Shown: piece after piece, positions 47,413 to 54,835 of the stretch
Position numbering within the stretch: position 1 is the first letter of the stretch
How the letters are laid out: every line of letters begins with the position of its first letter
From: an uncultured Nitrospiraceae bacterium
GTDB taxonomy: Bacteria > Nitrospirota > Thermodesulfovibrionia > Thermodesulfovibrionales > UBA9159
Direction: 5' to 3'
Assembly (NCBI GenBank): GCA_964475485.1
Contig: CAYYWY010000001.1
Span: 127,940-191,939 of the forward strand
Length of the DNA: 64,000 nucleotides
Program-made: the position numbers and the translations under genes
The notes under the pieces: model-generated
The model's input: the letters and a program-made list of their open reading frames with translations, nothing else
Databases searched by the model: none
Told to the model about the DNA's origin: nothing

Positions 47413-48714
47413 CTACCTCTTATCGGACCCCGCCATGTCGTTTTCGAACATTCCGCTCAGAATATCATTGGCGCAGAACTTCCCGCACATCGTGCATGAA
47501 TGTTCGTCGGCATTGCCCCTCCTGGTCTTTATCTCCTTCGCGCGTTCAGGGTCTATCGCGAGCGAGAACTGAGTCGTCCACTGCATGTCCCGTCTCGCCT
47601 TCGACATCGCTTTGTCTGCCTGCATGTTCCTGTGCTTTATCATGTCTCCCACATGGGCCGCTATTCTCGAAGCGATGACCCCTTCCCTTACATCCTCGGG
47701 GAAGGGAAGGCCGAGGTGCTCGGACGGCGTCACATAGCAAATGAAATCAGCGCCGTATGAAGAAGAGAGCGCGGCTCCGATAGCAGCGGTGATATGGTCG
47801 TAGCCGGGCGCGATATCTGTCGTGATCGGACCGAGCATGTAAAAGGGAGACTCGCCGCTCATCTTCTTTTCCATGATGATATTTGCCTCGATCTCATTGA
47901 TCGGGATATGTCCCGGGCCTTCGACCATGGTCTGGCACCCCATCTGCCTTCCGATTTCAGCGAGTTCGCAATTGATGAGAAGCTCCTGGATTTGGACCCT
48001 GTCGGTCGAATCATGGATCGCTCCGGCGCGGAAACCGTTACCGAGGCTCAGGACCGTGTCATGCTTTTTCAGTATCCCTACCACCCTGTCGAAATGCTCG
48101 TAAAGGGGGTTTTCTCTGTTGTTATGCTCCATCCACGCAACCATGTACGAGCCGCCCTTCGATACGAGTCCTCCGTAACGGTAGTGCTGTTTCTTGAGCA
48201 TCTCGACGGTCTTTCTGTTGATGCCGCAGTGGATTGCCATGAAGGCGACACCCTCCCGGCACTGTTTTTCGGTGATCTCAAAGAGGAGCTCCGGGGGCAT
48301 ATTGACGGCGGCCCCGTATTTTTCGATGGCGATGGCGAAGGCCTCGTAGAGTGGGACCGTGCCTACGGGAAGAGTTATCGCATCCATGACCGCCCTCCTG
48401 ATGCCCGATATGTCACCGCCGACACTCAGGTCCATGAGCGTGTCGGCCCCGTACTTTTCAGCCACCCTGGCCTTTTCGATTTCCATGCGCAGGTCGGCGA
48501 TATCGGTGGATGTGCCGATCGAGGCGTTCACCTTTGTCCTGAGACCCTTGCCTATGCCGACCGTCTTCTGCCTTCTGTTTCTATTGGCGGGAATGACGAT
48601 CTTACCCGATGCAACGCGGCGCCTGACTACCTCGCCATCCACGCCCTCACTAGTTCCAACCGTCCTGATCTCATCCGTGACCTCTCCCTCTGCCGCTCTT
48701 TCCATCTGTGTCAT
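47413..48714 (-). CDS. ThiC-family radical SAM enzyme; context indicates 5-hydroxybenzimidazole synthase (BzaF-like)
   Basis: ThiC-like sequence starts at internal M31 (MTQMERAAEGEVTDE...), with ATG 48714 preceded by GGAGGG. There is a C-terminal CxxCxxxxC (CTMCGKFC). It is the first gene after a cobalamin riboswitch and is followed by cobU, cobT and cobS. Confidence 0.7.
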   Translation of the reverse strand: MTQMERAAEGEVTDEIRTVGTSEGVDGEVVRRRVASGKIVIPANRNRRQKTVGIGKGLRTKVNASIGTSTDIADLRMEIEKARVAEKYGADTLMDLSVGGDISGIRRAVMDAITLPVGTVPLYEAFAIAIEKYGAAVNMPPELLFEITEKQCREGVAFMAIHCGINRKTVEMLKKQHYRYGGLVSKGGSYMVAWMEHNNRENPLYEHFDRVVGILKKHDTVLSLGNGFRAGAIHDSTDRVQIQELLINCELAEIGRQMGCQTMVEGPGHIPINEIEANIIMEKKMSGESPFYMLGPITTDIAPGYDHITAAIGAALSSSYGADFICYVTPSEHLGLPFPEDVREGVIASRIAAHVGDMIKHRNMQADKAMSKARRDMQWTTQFSLAIDPERAKEIKTRRGNADEHSCTMCGKFCANDILSGMFENDMAGSDKR

Positions 48715-48753
48715 TTTTCCCTCCTGCCAAAGCGTACCCGTCGCTGCCCGGAC

Positions 48754-48790
48754 CAAAAAAAATCCCCAGGGCAAAAATGCCCTGGGGATT
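48754..48790 (-). terminator. Intrinsic terminator forming the riboswitch expression platform
   Basis: The minus strand reads AATCCCCAGGGC-ATTTTT-GCCCTGGGGATT followed by TTTTTTT, about 40 nt upstream of the ThiC-like start. Confidence 0.8.
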
Positions 48791-49100
48791 GCACCCTGTT
48801 TCACTTCATCCCCGCCTTCCGTCCGCGCGAAGGCTTTATTGCAGCGATCGGTGTTCGATGCCCGGTGTCAGTCTAAAACAACTTTGACTAATCACTCACA
48901 ACCGGTAACCGGTCACTGTCGTTTCCAGGCAGGTCTTCTGGCTCTCCCGACCTCTGCCAGCCTTCCCATTCAGAATGAACAGTGGCGTAAAAACGGCAAA
49001 GGCGCTTATTCCGTCAAACAGGAATCAGGATTACAGCGGCGGGACCGCTCCCGACTTTCACGGGATTCCCTATTAAGCGCGCAGCGCCTGAAACTCACTT
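48754..49100 (-). promoter_or_regulatory. Cobalamin (AdoCbl-type) riboswitch
   Basis: The minus strand reads AATAGGGAATCCCGTGAAAGTCGGGAGCGGTCCCGCCGCTGTAA...CCACTG...GGGAAGGC...GAGAGCCAGAAGACCTGCC. The B12 box is at 48928-48942. Confidence 0.85.
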
Positions 49101-49106
49101 AATCGA

Positions 49107-49135
49107 AGTATATCCCCAAATTCTCTCTTTGTCAA
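49107..49135 (-). promoter_or_regulatory. Sigma70-like promoter of the cobamide operon (TTGACA-17 nt-TATACT)
   Basis: Minus strand: -35 TTGACA at 49130-49135 and -10 TATACT at 49107-49112, just upstream of the riboswitch. Confidence 0.6.
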
Positions 49136-49175
49136 TCTATATCTTCAATTATCAATGTTCATGCAAATACGATCT

Positions 49176-49889
49176 TTAAAATCCCGGTGATCTTCCTCTC
49201 GGCTTCCCGACGAGAGAGGCTATGCGCGCTGCGTCAAACCTCTCTCCCGATTCAAGCGCACAGAGGCTTTCGTCAAATATGTTCACAAGCAGTCGGGTTC
49301 TCCATATCTTTACACGCGAGCCCGGCGGCTCGATAGTCCTCCCGCTCCAGATGCCATCCATGCAGGTGAAGAGGATATTCGTGATCTGTCTCATAATATC
49401 GGCGAGCGTCGCCACGTCGGGCGATTTGAAACAGGCCGTGCCTTCGTAGGGAAAAGACCATCCTGTCTCGATGCGGCCTTCCCGCCTGAGATGGCGGTAC
49501 GCCTCGGTCCCCTCCAGGATTATCTGGTGATGGTAGAGCACATTTGCGGGGACCGGAAGGCTTTTCAGGAGATCGTTCCTTGCTTCGTCTCGATTCCGAC
49601 GGCAGGGACATAGGAATTGATATCAAGATAAAAGGAAGGATCGAGCACACTCCTGTCCGGAGGAGCATAGCGGGCCATATCAAAATCTCGGGAAGGAGCG
49701 GTGATCCTTATTCTCCCTTTCCCCTCTCGATAATCCGCCCACTCCAAAAGGGCTCTGTGCGAGGAGCCGGGGGAGAGTCAGTTCCGCCTCTCCGATAAGG
49801 CCGTAGCGTATTTCGGGCAGGTCGCGCATCAGCCGCTCGGGGAAGAGTGAAAAGCCTGTCCCCTCCAGCATTTGAATTAAGCCATCCAT
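49176..49889 (-). pseudogene. Degraded B12-binding-domain / radical-SAM-like gene remnant
   Basis: Three consecutive same-strand ORFs lie in different frames: ...YGLIGEAELTLPRLL / EWADYREGKGRIRITAPSRDFDMARYAPPDRSVLD...VGIETKQG / RIETGWSFPYEGTACFKSPDVATLADIMRQI. The order resembles B12-rSAM N-termini, but the CxxxCxxC cluster is absent. Confidence 0.4.
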
Positions 49890-49910
49890 GGTGCTATTCT
49901 GTAGTTAGTC

Positions 49911-50753
49911 ATGTACCGGAAAATCCTCGCTACGGTCAACGAACATCTGAATTCAGAGATAGCCGCCGGATATGCGCTCACCCTGGCACGGGTTTGCAGC
50001 GCCAAGTTGTACCTTTGCTTTATTGCCGAAAAGGGCATGTCCCAAAGGAACCTCGCGATGGCTGAGGATGCCGTCAAGAGGCTCTTTATTGAGGCAAACA
50101 AGATGGGAATACAGGTGGAAAGCATCACGGAGACAGGCGAGCCTGTAAGGGAGATCGGGAAGATCGTCAATCATGAAAGAGTGAGTATTGCCTTCGCCTC
50201 TACGAGAAGAGAGGATATAGAAAGGAGATTTTATGCGGGGACTGTCGCAAGAAGTCTTTCTCTCAAACTCCCATGTTCAGTGGCGCTGGTGAGGGTTGTC
50301 CACAGTGCGAAAACGCATCCCCGCAAGATTCTCGTCCCGTTAAAGGCAAGGGTCGATCATTTAAGGGAGAGGGCATATTTCACCGCAAGGATGGCGGAGG
50401 GTTTCCATTCGAAGGTATTTGTTTTCCATGCGACGAAGCCCGTGGCGAAGTTCTTCCACGGCGAGATACACCTTACGCCCGCGCAGTGGGAGAGCAGGCT
50501 GCCCGAAGATATTAAGGAATTCATGGGACTTCTTATGAAATACGAAATAGTTCACGAGGGCCGGCTCACCCCCGGCACAACAGCGCGCAGTATAACCATC
50601 GAGGCAGCTTCAAAGAGGCATGACCTTGTCATAATGGGTGCCAGCGAAAGGAGTCTTCTGTCGTCTATTATCAAAGGAAATCCCGTGGAGGATGTCTTGA
50701 GGGAGACCCCGTGCGATCTCATCATTCTCAAGCCCCGTCATGAGGATTCATAA
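49911..50753 (+). CDS. Tandem universal stress protein (2 x USP domain)
   Basis: Two USP-like halves. The second ends DLVIMGASERSLLSSIIKGNPVEDVLRETPCDLIILKP. Confidence 0.75.
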   Translation: MYRKILATVNEHLNSEIAAGYALTLARVCSAKLYLCFIAEKGMSQRNLAMAEDAVKRLFIEANKMGIQVESITETGEPVREIGKIVNHERVSIAFASTRREDIERRFYAGTVARSLSLKLPCSVALVRVVHSAKTHPRKILVPLKARVDHLRERAYFTARMAEGFHSKVFVFHATKPVAKFFHGEIHLTPAQWESRLPEDIKEFMGLLMKYEIVHEGRLTPGTTARSITIEAASKRHDLVIMGASERSLLSSIIKGNPVEDVLRETPCDLIILKPRHEDS

Positions 50754-53469
50754 CCTCCCAAGGGAAGAAGTCCTCAGGACCCTTGTTACTTCCGAGGACG
50801 GTCTCACCGAGGAAGAGGCGGAGAAGCGCCTGTCGGAATTCGGGCCCAATGAGATTAAGGAGGTCAGAAAGGTTCCTCTGTGGACGAGGTTCATCAATCA
50901 GTTTACCCATTTCCTTGCCGTGCTCCTCTGGATAGGTGCCGGTCTCGCTCTCCTGTCGGAATATCTCCATCCCGGTGAAGGGATGCTTACCCTCGGCCTT
51001 GCGATCATAGGGGTTATATTCATCAATGCAGTATTCACATTCGTACAGGAGTACAGGGCGGAAAAAACCATCGAAAAGCTGAGGCTTCTCCTGCCCTTTC
51101 ATGTGAAGGTAATAAGGGAAGGGAGGGAAAAAGAAATTCCCGCAAGTGGAATAGTGCCAGGGGATTTGATTGTCCTTTCAGAAGGCGACAAGATACCCGC
51201 TGATTCGAGGCTTATAGATACTACGTGGTTGATGGTAAATAATGCGCCGCTTACCGGCGAGTCTGAGCCGGTGCCCCTGGGACATGCCCCGTGCGAAGGT
51301 GAGCTCGTCGGGAGCAGAAATATCGCCTTTGCAGGTACCACGGTAGTGAGCGGCTCGGGAAAGGCAGCGGTCTTTGCAACCGGAATGAGGACGGAGTTCG
51401 GACGGATAGCACATCTCACAAGCGCTGTCGAGGCAGGCTTGAGCCCCCTCCAGAAGGAGATTACCAAAGTTACAAGAATCATTGCCTTTCTGGCCACAAC
51501 AATGGGCGCTGTTTTCTTCTTCATCGGGCATCTCATTGGAAGGAGTTTCTGGGAAAACTTCATTTTCGCAGTCGGCATAATCGTGGCGAATGTGCCAGAA
51601 GGGTTGCTCCCCACGGTTACCCTTGCCCTTGCAATGGGCAGTCAGAGGATGGCCAAGAAGAAGGCACTGATAAAGACCCTGACATCCGTGGAGACCCTCG
51701 GCTCCGTGTCGGTGATATGTACCGACAAGACAGGCACCCTCACACAGAATAAGATGGAGGTAAGGGAATTATGGACAACGGAAAGCCGGCAGTCAAAAAT
51801 CGAAGCTCAAGGGCAGGCAGTCCGTATCCTCATGAAGGCAGCATGTTTCTGCAATAACGCGAAGTTTATTGAAGGCCAATACAGGGGAGACCCTACGGAG
51901 ATTGCACTTCTTAAGTATGCAAGAGAAAACTTTGGTGGTATGGAGGCAGAGCGGTTGGCAGAAATCCCCTTCGATTCGGAAAGAAAGAGAATGACCACCC
52001 TAAATAAAATCTCCTCCTGTCCCCCTTTGCTAAAGGGGGGTGGGGGGGGATTATTCGCCTTCACAAAGGGGGCGATGGAAAGCGTCTTTCCGTTGTGCAG
52101 CCGTCTGGTGAAGAATGGAGAAAAGATACCGCTGGATGAGGCGCATAAAAAGCAAATAACAGAGGCATATCATTCGTTGATGGACACGGGGCTCAGGGTG
52201 CTCGCTTTTGCGTTTCGGGAGATAGAAAATGTCCCCCCATCCAGCCCTCCCCCTCAAAGTGGAAGGATCGGGGAGATGGTGAGATATGATGAGATTGAGA
52301 ACAATATGGTCTTCATCGGGCTGGTGGGTCTTGAAGATCCTCCGAGGCCGGAAGTACCGGATGCCGTAGCCAAATGCCATGAAGCAGGCATAAAGGTAAT
52401 AATGATCACCGGTGACGGAAGCAGGACTGCTCAGGCGATCGCGAGGGAGATAGGTCTTGTGAAGACTAATCCGGTTGTGATAGATGGCCATGAATTCATG
52501 AGGATGAGCGACAGTGAGCTTAGGGAGAAGCTTTCTGAAAAGGAGATAATTTTCGCGAGGATGACGCCGAAGCATAAGATGCGGGTGGTATCAATTCTCA
52601 AAGAGGAAGGGGAAAGGGTTGCGGTTACGGGAGATGGTGTAAACGATGCGCCTGCATTAAAAAAAGCCGACATAGGCATTGCAATGGGTGTAGCGGGAAC
52701 GGATGTCGCAAAAGAGGCAGCGGACATGATACTGCTTGATGATAACTTTGCAACCATTATTAACGCCATCGAAGAGGGAAGGGCGGTCTATGAGAATATA
52801 AGGAAGTTTATCAGCTACATATTCTCATCCAACATACCGGAAATCGTTCCTTATCTTGCCTACGTGCTTTTCAGAATCCCCCTGCCCCTCACGATCATGC
52901 AGATACTCGCTGTCGACCTTGGGACGGACATGTTGCCCGCCCTTGCACTAGGGGCTGAGAAGCCAACGAGAGACCTTATGAAACAACCGCCTAGAGAACC
53001 GAAGGAAAGGCTCCTGACACTGGGACTCCTGAGCCGTGCATACCTATTCCTTGGGCCTATCGAGGCGGCAGCCGGGCTTTTTGGTTTTTTCTATGTACTC
53101 AAATCAGGCGGTTGGCAGTGGGGTGAAATACTGCCGGCAAGTAATCCTCTCTATATGCAGGCAACAACTGCGTGTCTTACAGCTATAATAGTCACACAGG
53201 TCGCTAATGTCTTTGCCTGCCGCACGTTCAAGGAAACGGTGACGAGCATCGGTTTCTTCTCGAACAGGCTTGTATTTGCAGGGATAGCATTCGAGGTACT
53301 TCTGCAATTTTTCATCGTGTACCACCCGTGGGGAAACAAGATTTTTTCCACGTCGCCGATTTCTTTCCATATTTGGCTGATCCTGATCCCCTTTGCCACG
53401 GTCCTTTTTTCAGCGGAGGAATTGAGAAAATTTGTTATCTCGCGGAAACGGGAAGCAGCCGCCGCTTAA
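50740..53469 (+). CDS. P2-type cation-transporting P-type ATPase (Na,K-ATPase-alpha-like TM4 motif)
   Basis: Motifs DKTGTLTQNKM, TGDGVNDAPALKKADIGIAMG, TGES, and TM4 IVANVPEGLLPTVT. Size is 909 aa. It overlaps the USP gene by 14 nt. Confidence 0.85.
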   Translation: MRIHNLPREEVLRTLVTSEDGLTEEEAEKRLSEFGPNEIKEVRKVPLWTRFINQFTHFLAVLLWIGAGLALLSEYLHPGEGMLTLGLAIIGVIFINAVFTFVQEYRAEKTIEKLRLLLPFHVKVIREGREKEIPASGIVPGDLIVLSEGDKIPADSRLIDTTWLMVNNAPLTGESEPVPLGHAPCEGELVGSRNIAFAGTTVVSGSGKAAVFATGMRTEFGRIAHLTSAVEAGLSPLQKEITKVTRIIAFLATTMGAVFFFIGHLIGRSFWENFIFAVGIIVANVPEGLLPTVTLALAMGSQRMAKKKALIKTLTSVETLGSVSVICTDKTGTLTQNKMEVRELWTTESRQSKIEAQGQAVRILMKAACFCNNAKFIEGQYRGDPTEIALLKYARENFGGMEAERLAEIPFDSERKRMTTLNKISSCPPLLKGGGGGLFAFTKGAMESVFPLCSRLVKNGEKIPLDEAHKKQITEAYHSLMDTGLRVLAFAFREIENVPPSSPPPQSGRIGEMVRYDEIENNMVFIGLVGLEDPPRPEVPDAVAKCHEAGIKVIMITGDGSRTAQAIAREIGLVKTNPVVIDGHEFMRMSDSELREKLSEKEIIFARMTPKHKMRVVSILKEEGERVAVTGDGVNDAPALKKADIGIAMGVAGTDVAKEAADMILLDDNFATIINAIEEGRAVYENIRKFISYIFSSNIPEIVPYLAYVLFRIPLPLTIMQILAVDLGTDMLPALALGAEKPTRDLMKQPPREPKERLLTLGLLSRAYLFLGPIEAAAGLFGFFYVLKSGGWQWGEILPASNPLYMQATTACLTAIIVTQVANVFACRTFKETVTSIGFFSNRLVFAGIAFEVLLQFFIVYHPWGNKIFSTSPISFHIWLILIPFATVLFSAEELRKFVISRKREAAAA
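52021..52052. repeat. GC-rich palindromic mini-element inside the P-type ATPase
   Basis: CCCCCTTTGCTAAAGGGGGGTGGGGGGGGATT has an 8-bp stem (CCCCCTTT/AAAGGGGG). It is translated as PPLLKGGGGGL. Confidence 0.65.
52232..52275. repeat. GC-rich mini-element, opposite orientation, inside the P-type ATPase
   Basis: TCCCCCCATCCAGCCCTCCCCCTCAAAGTGGAAGGATCGGGGAG. Its reverse complement has the same C-run / loop / G-run / G-run layout. It is translated as VPPSSPPPQSGRIGE. Confidence 0.45.
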
Positions 53470-53560
53470 GAAGCCTCTTAACCGATGTCATGATCTTAAT
53501 CATATTCCTTTGAGAGGATGGGCGCTATCATAGAATCTGATCGGTGATTGAGACGAGATA

Positions 53561-54319
53561 TTGCTGATCTTGAACGGAGGGCATATGAATGCAGTTGATA
53601 AAGGGAGGGTCTCCGGTCTGGCCGAGATGAATATCCCTTACACAAAGGAACACGGGGCTTGGGTTATGTTCACCGTTGCCTTCGTTACTGGAATGGTTAA
53701 GGCCGGCAGTGTTGAGACGTTAAGTCTTATTGTCTTTGTATCGATGGCTCTCTTTCTTATGGCAAAGGCCCCTGTAGCGACCTTTTTCAGAAGAGGGGAC
53801 AGGAGCGTCCTGCCTTTTGTAGCCTTGTATCTCGCCCTCGGCTCCGCAGGATGCCTTTATTCAATAGTGAAAAAACCCGACCTCATCTTCCTCTTCGGGG
53901 CGGGAATCGTCCTCGTCATCCTCTATTTCTTTTTCGCCAGGAAAAGTCTCCCCGTGTTATCCGAAGCCTCCGCCATGGCCACGATGGGGCTTGTGGCGAG
54001 CGTCGCCGCTTCGATCGGCAGTGAAATCGTTTCACATCTTTATCTCTGGTTCATGTTTTTTCTCTTCTACCTTGCCAGTTCTTTCAGGGTAAGGCTCGCA
54101 ATGAAAAAATACAGGGTGACCGGCGGCGTCTATTCATTTCTTATGGTGCTGCTGAGCGGAGTAATGGCCATTAAAGGGGAGTTTATATTCCTTGCTTTCC
54201 TTCCACTTATGGAAGACTTCTACGCCGCGTTAAAAGGGGGGCGAGAGGACTTCAAGCGTATCGGGATAATAGAGACAGTAAAATCGGTTATCTTTGCGGT
54301 GAGCGTCATTATCTTCTGA
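53561..54319 (+). CDS. Polytopic membrane protein, YwiC-like (tentative)
   Basis: About 8 TM helices. The N-terminal KEHGAWVMFTVAFVTG resembles the YwiC-like family start as I recall it. The start codon is uncertain. Confidence 0.4.
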   Translation: MLILNGGHMNAVDKGRVSGLAEMNIPYTKEHGAWVMFTVAFVTGMVKAGSVETLSLIVFVSMALFLMAKAPVATFFRRGDRSVLPFVALYLALGSAGCLYSIVKKPDLIFLFGAGIVLVILYFFFARKSLPVLSEASAMATMGLVASVAASIGSEIVSHLYLWFMFFLFYLASSFRVRLAMKKYRVTGGVYSFLMVLLSGVMAIKGEFIFLAFLPLMEDFYAALKGGREDFKRIGIIETVKSVIFAVSVIIF

Positions 54320-54323
54320 GGAC

Positions 54324-54359
54324 AGCGAGAGAGGGCGTGGCGTTACGCCCTCTCTCGCT
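54324..54359. terminator. Strong 15-bp GC-rich hairpin after the YwiC-like gene (no clear U-tract)
   Basis: AGCGAGAGAGGGCGT-GGCGTT-ACGCCCTCTCTCGCT, starting 5 nt after the stop. Confidence 0.5.
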
Positions 54360-54678
54360 ACATTAAATTACCACGGTGCTCAACACGACCCTTTGCACTT
54401 GCACGTCATTGCAGTCTTTTTCGAAACCTTCCGTATCTTCAAGTAATCACCCCCTTTTCACGCCGGTGGATAGTTTTCACTTGCCTATGTCGCCATATTA
54501 AAATATCACGCCGTCGGTATCGGATTGGGATATTTCATCCTCCTATGATTCTTCTATCAGAAAATGTGCGTGAGTTCAAGTGCCAGGAGAAGGATATCTG
54601 TTAAAATAAACGGAGATGAAGTTGTAAAAGGACAAGAGCATTCCCGTGTTTCTATGCTTCATCCTTGCCGTCCTCTTG

Positions 54679-54701
54679 TCCCCTGCCCTCATGCGAGGGG
54701 A
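54679..54701. repeat. Intergenic copy of the GC-rich palindromic mini-element
   Basis: TCCCCT-GCCCTCATGCG-AGGGGA. The loop shares CCTCAT with the copies in cbiD and cbiC. Confidence 0.45.
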
Positions 54702-54795
54702 ATTCTAATATCTCAGAAAATCTCCCTAACCCCTCCCTGACAAAGAGGGCAATGCAAATTTGTCTTCTTGTAGAGCAGTTATGAGGAACGGTTTT

Positions 54796-54804
54796 TGATA
54801 TAAT
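54796..54804 (+). promoter_or_regulatory. Possible copA promoter (extended -10 TGATATAAT)
   Basis: TTTTTGATATAAT lies 31 nt upstream of ATG 54836. SD GAAGGGG lies in between. Confidence 0.45.
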
Positions 54805-54835
54805 GAACATGCGGTGAGAAGGGGTCAAGTTATAT

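Noticed and set aside
47413-48804. Annotating the ThiC-family ORF as thiamine-pathway ThiC with the tracked 463-aa start.
   Set aside because: The regulatory element upstream is a cobalamin riboswitch, not a TPP riboswitch, and the neighbours are cobUTS. The first 30 tracked codons overlap the riboswitch terminator, and the SD-preceded ATG is at 48714.
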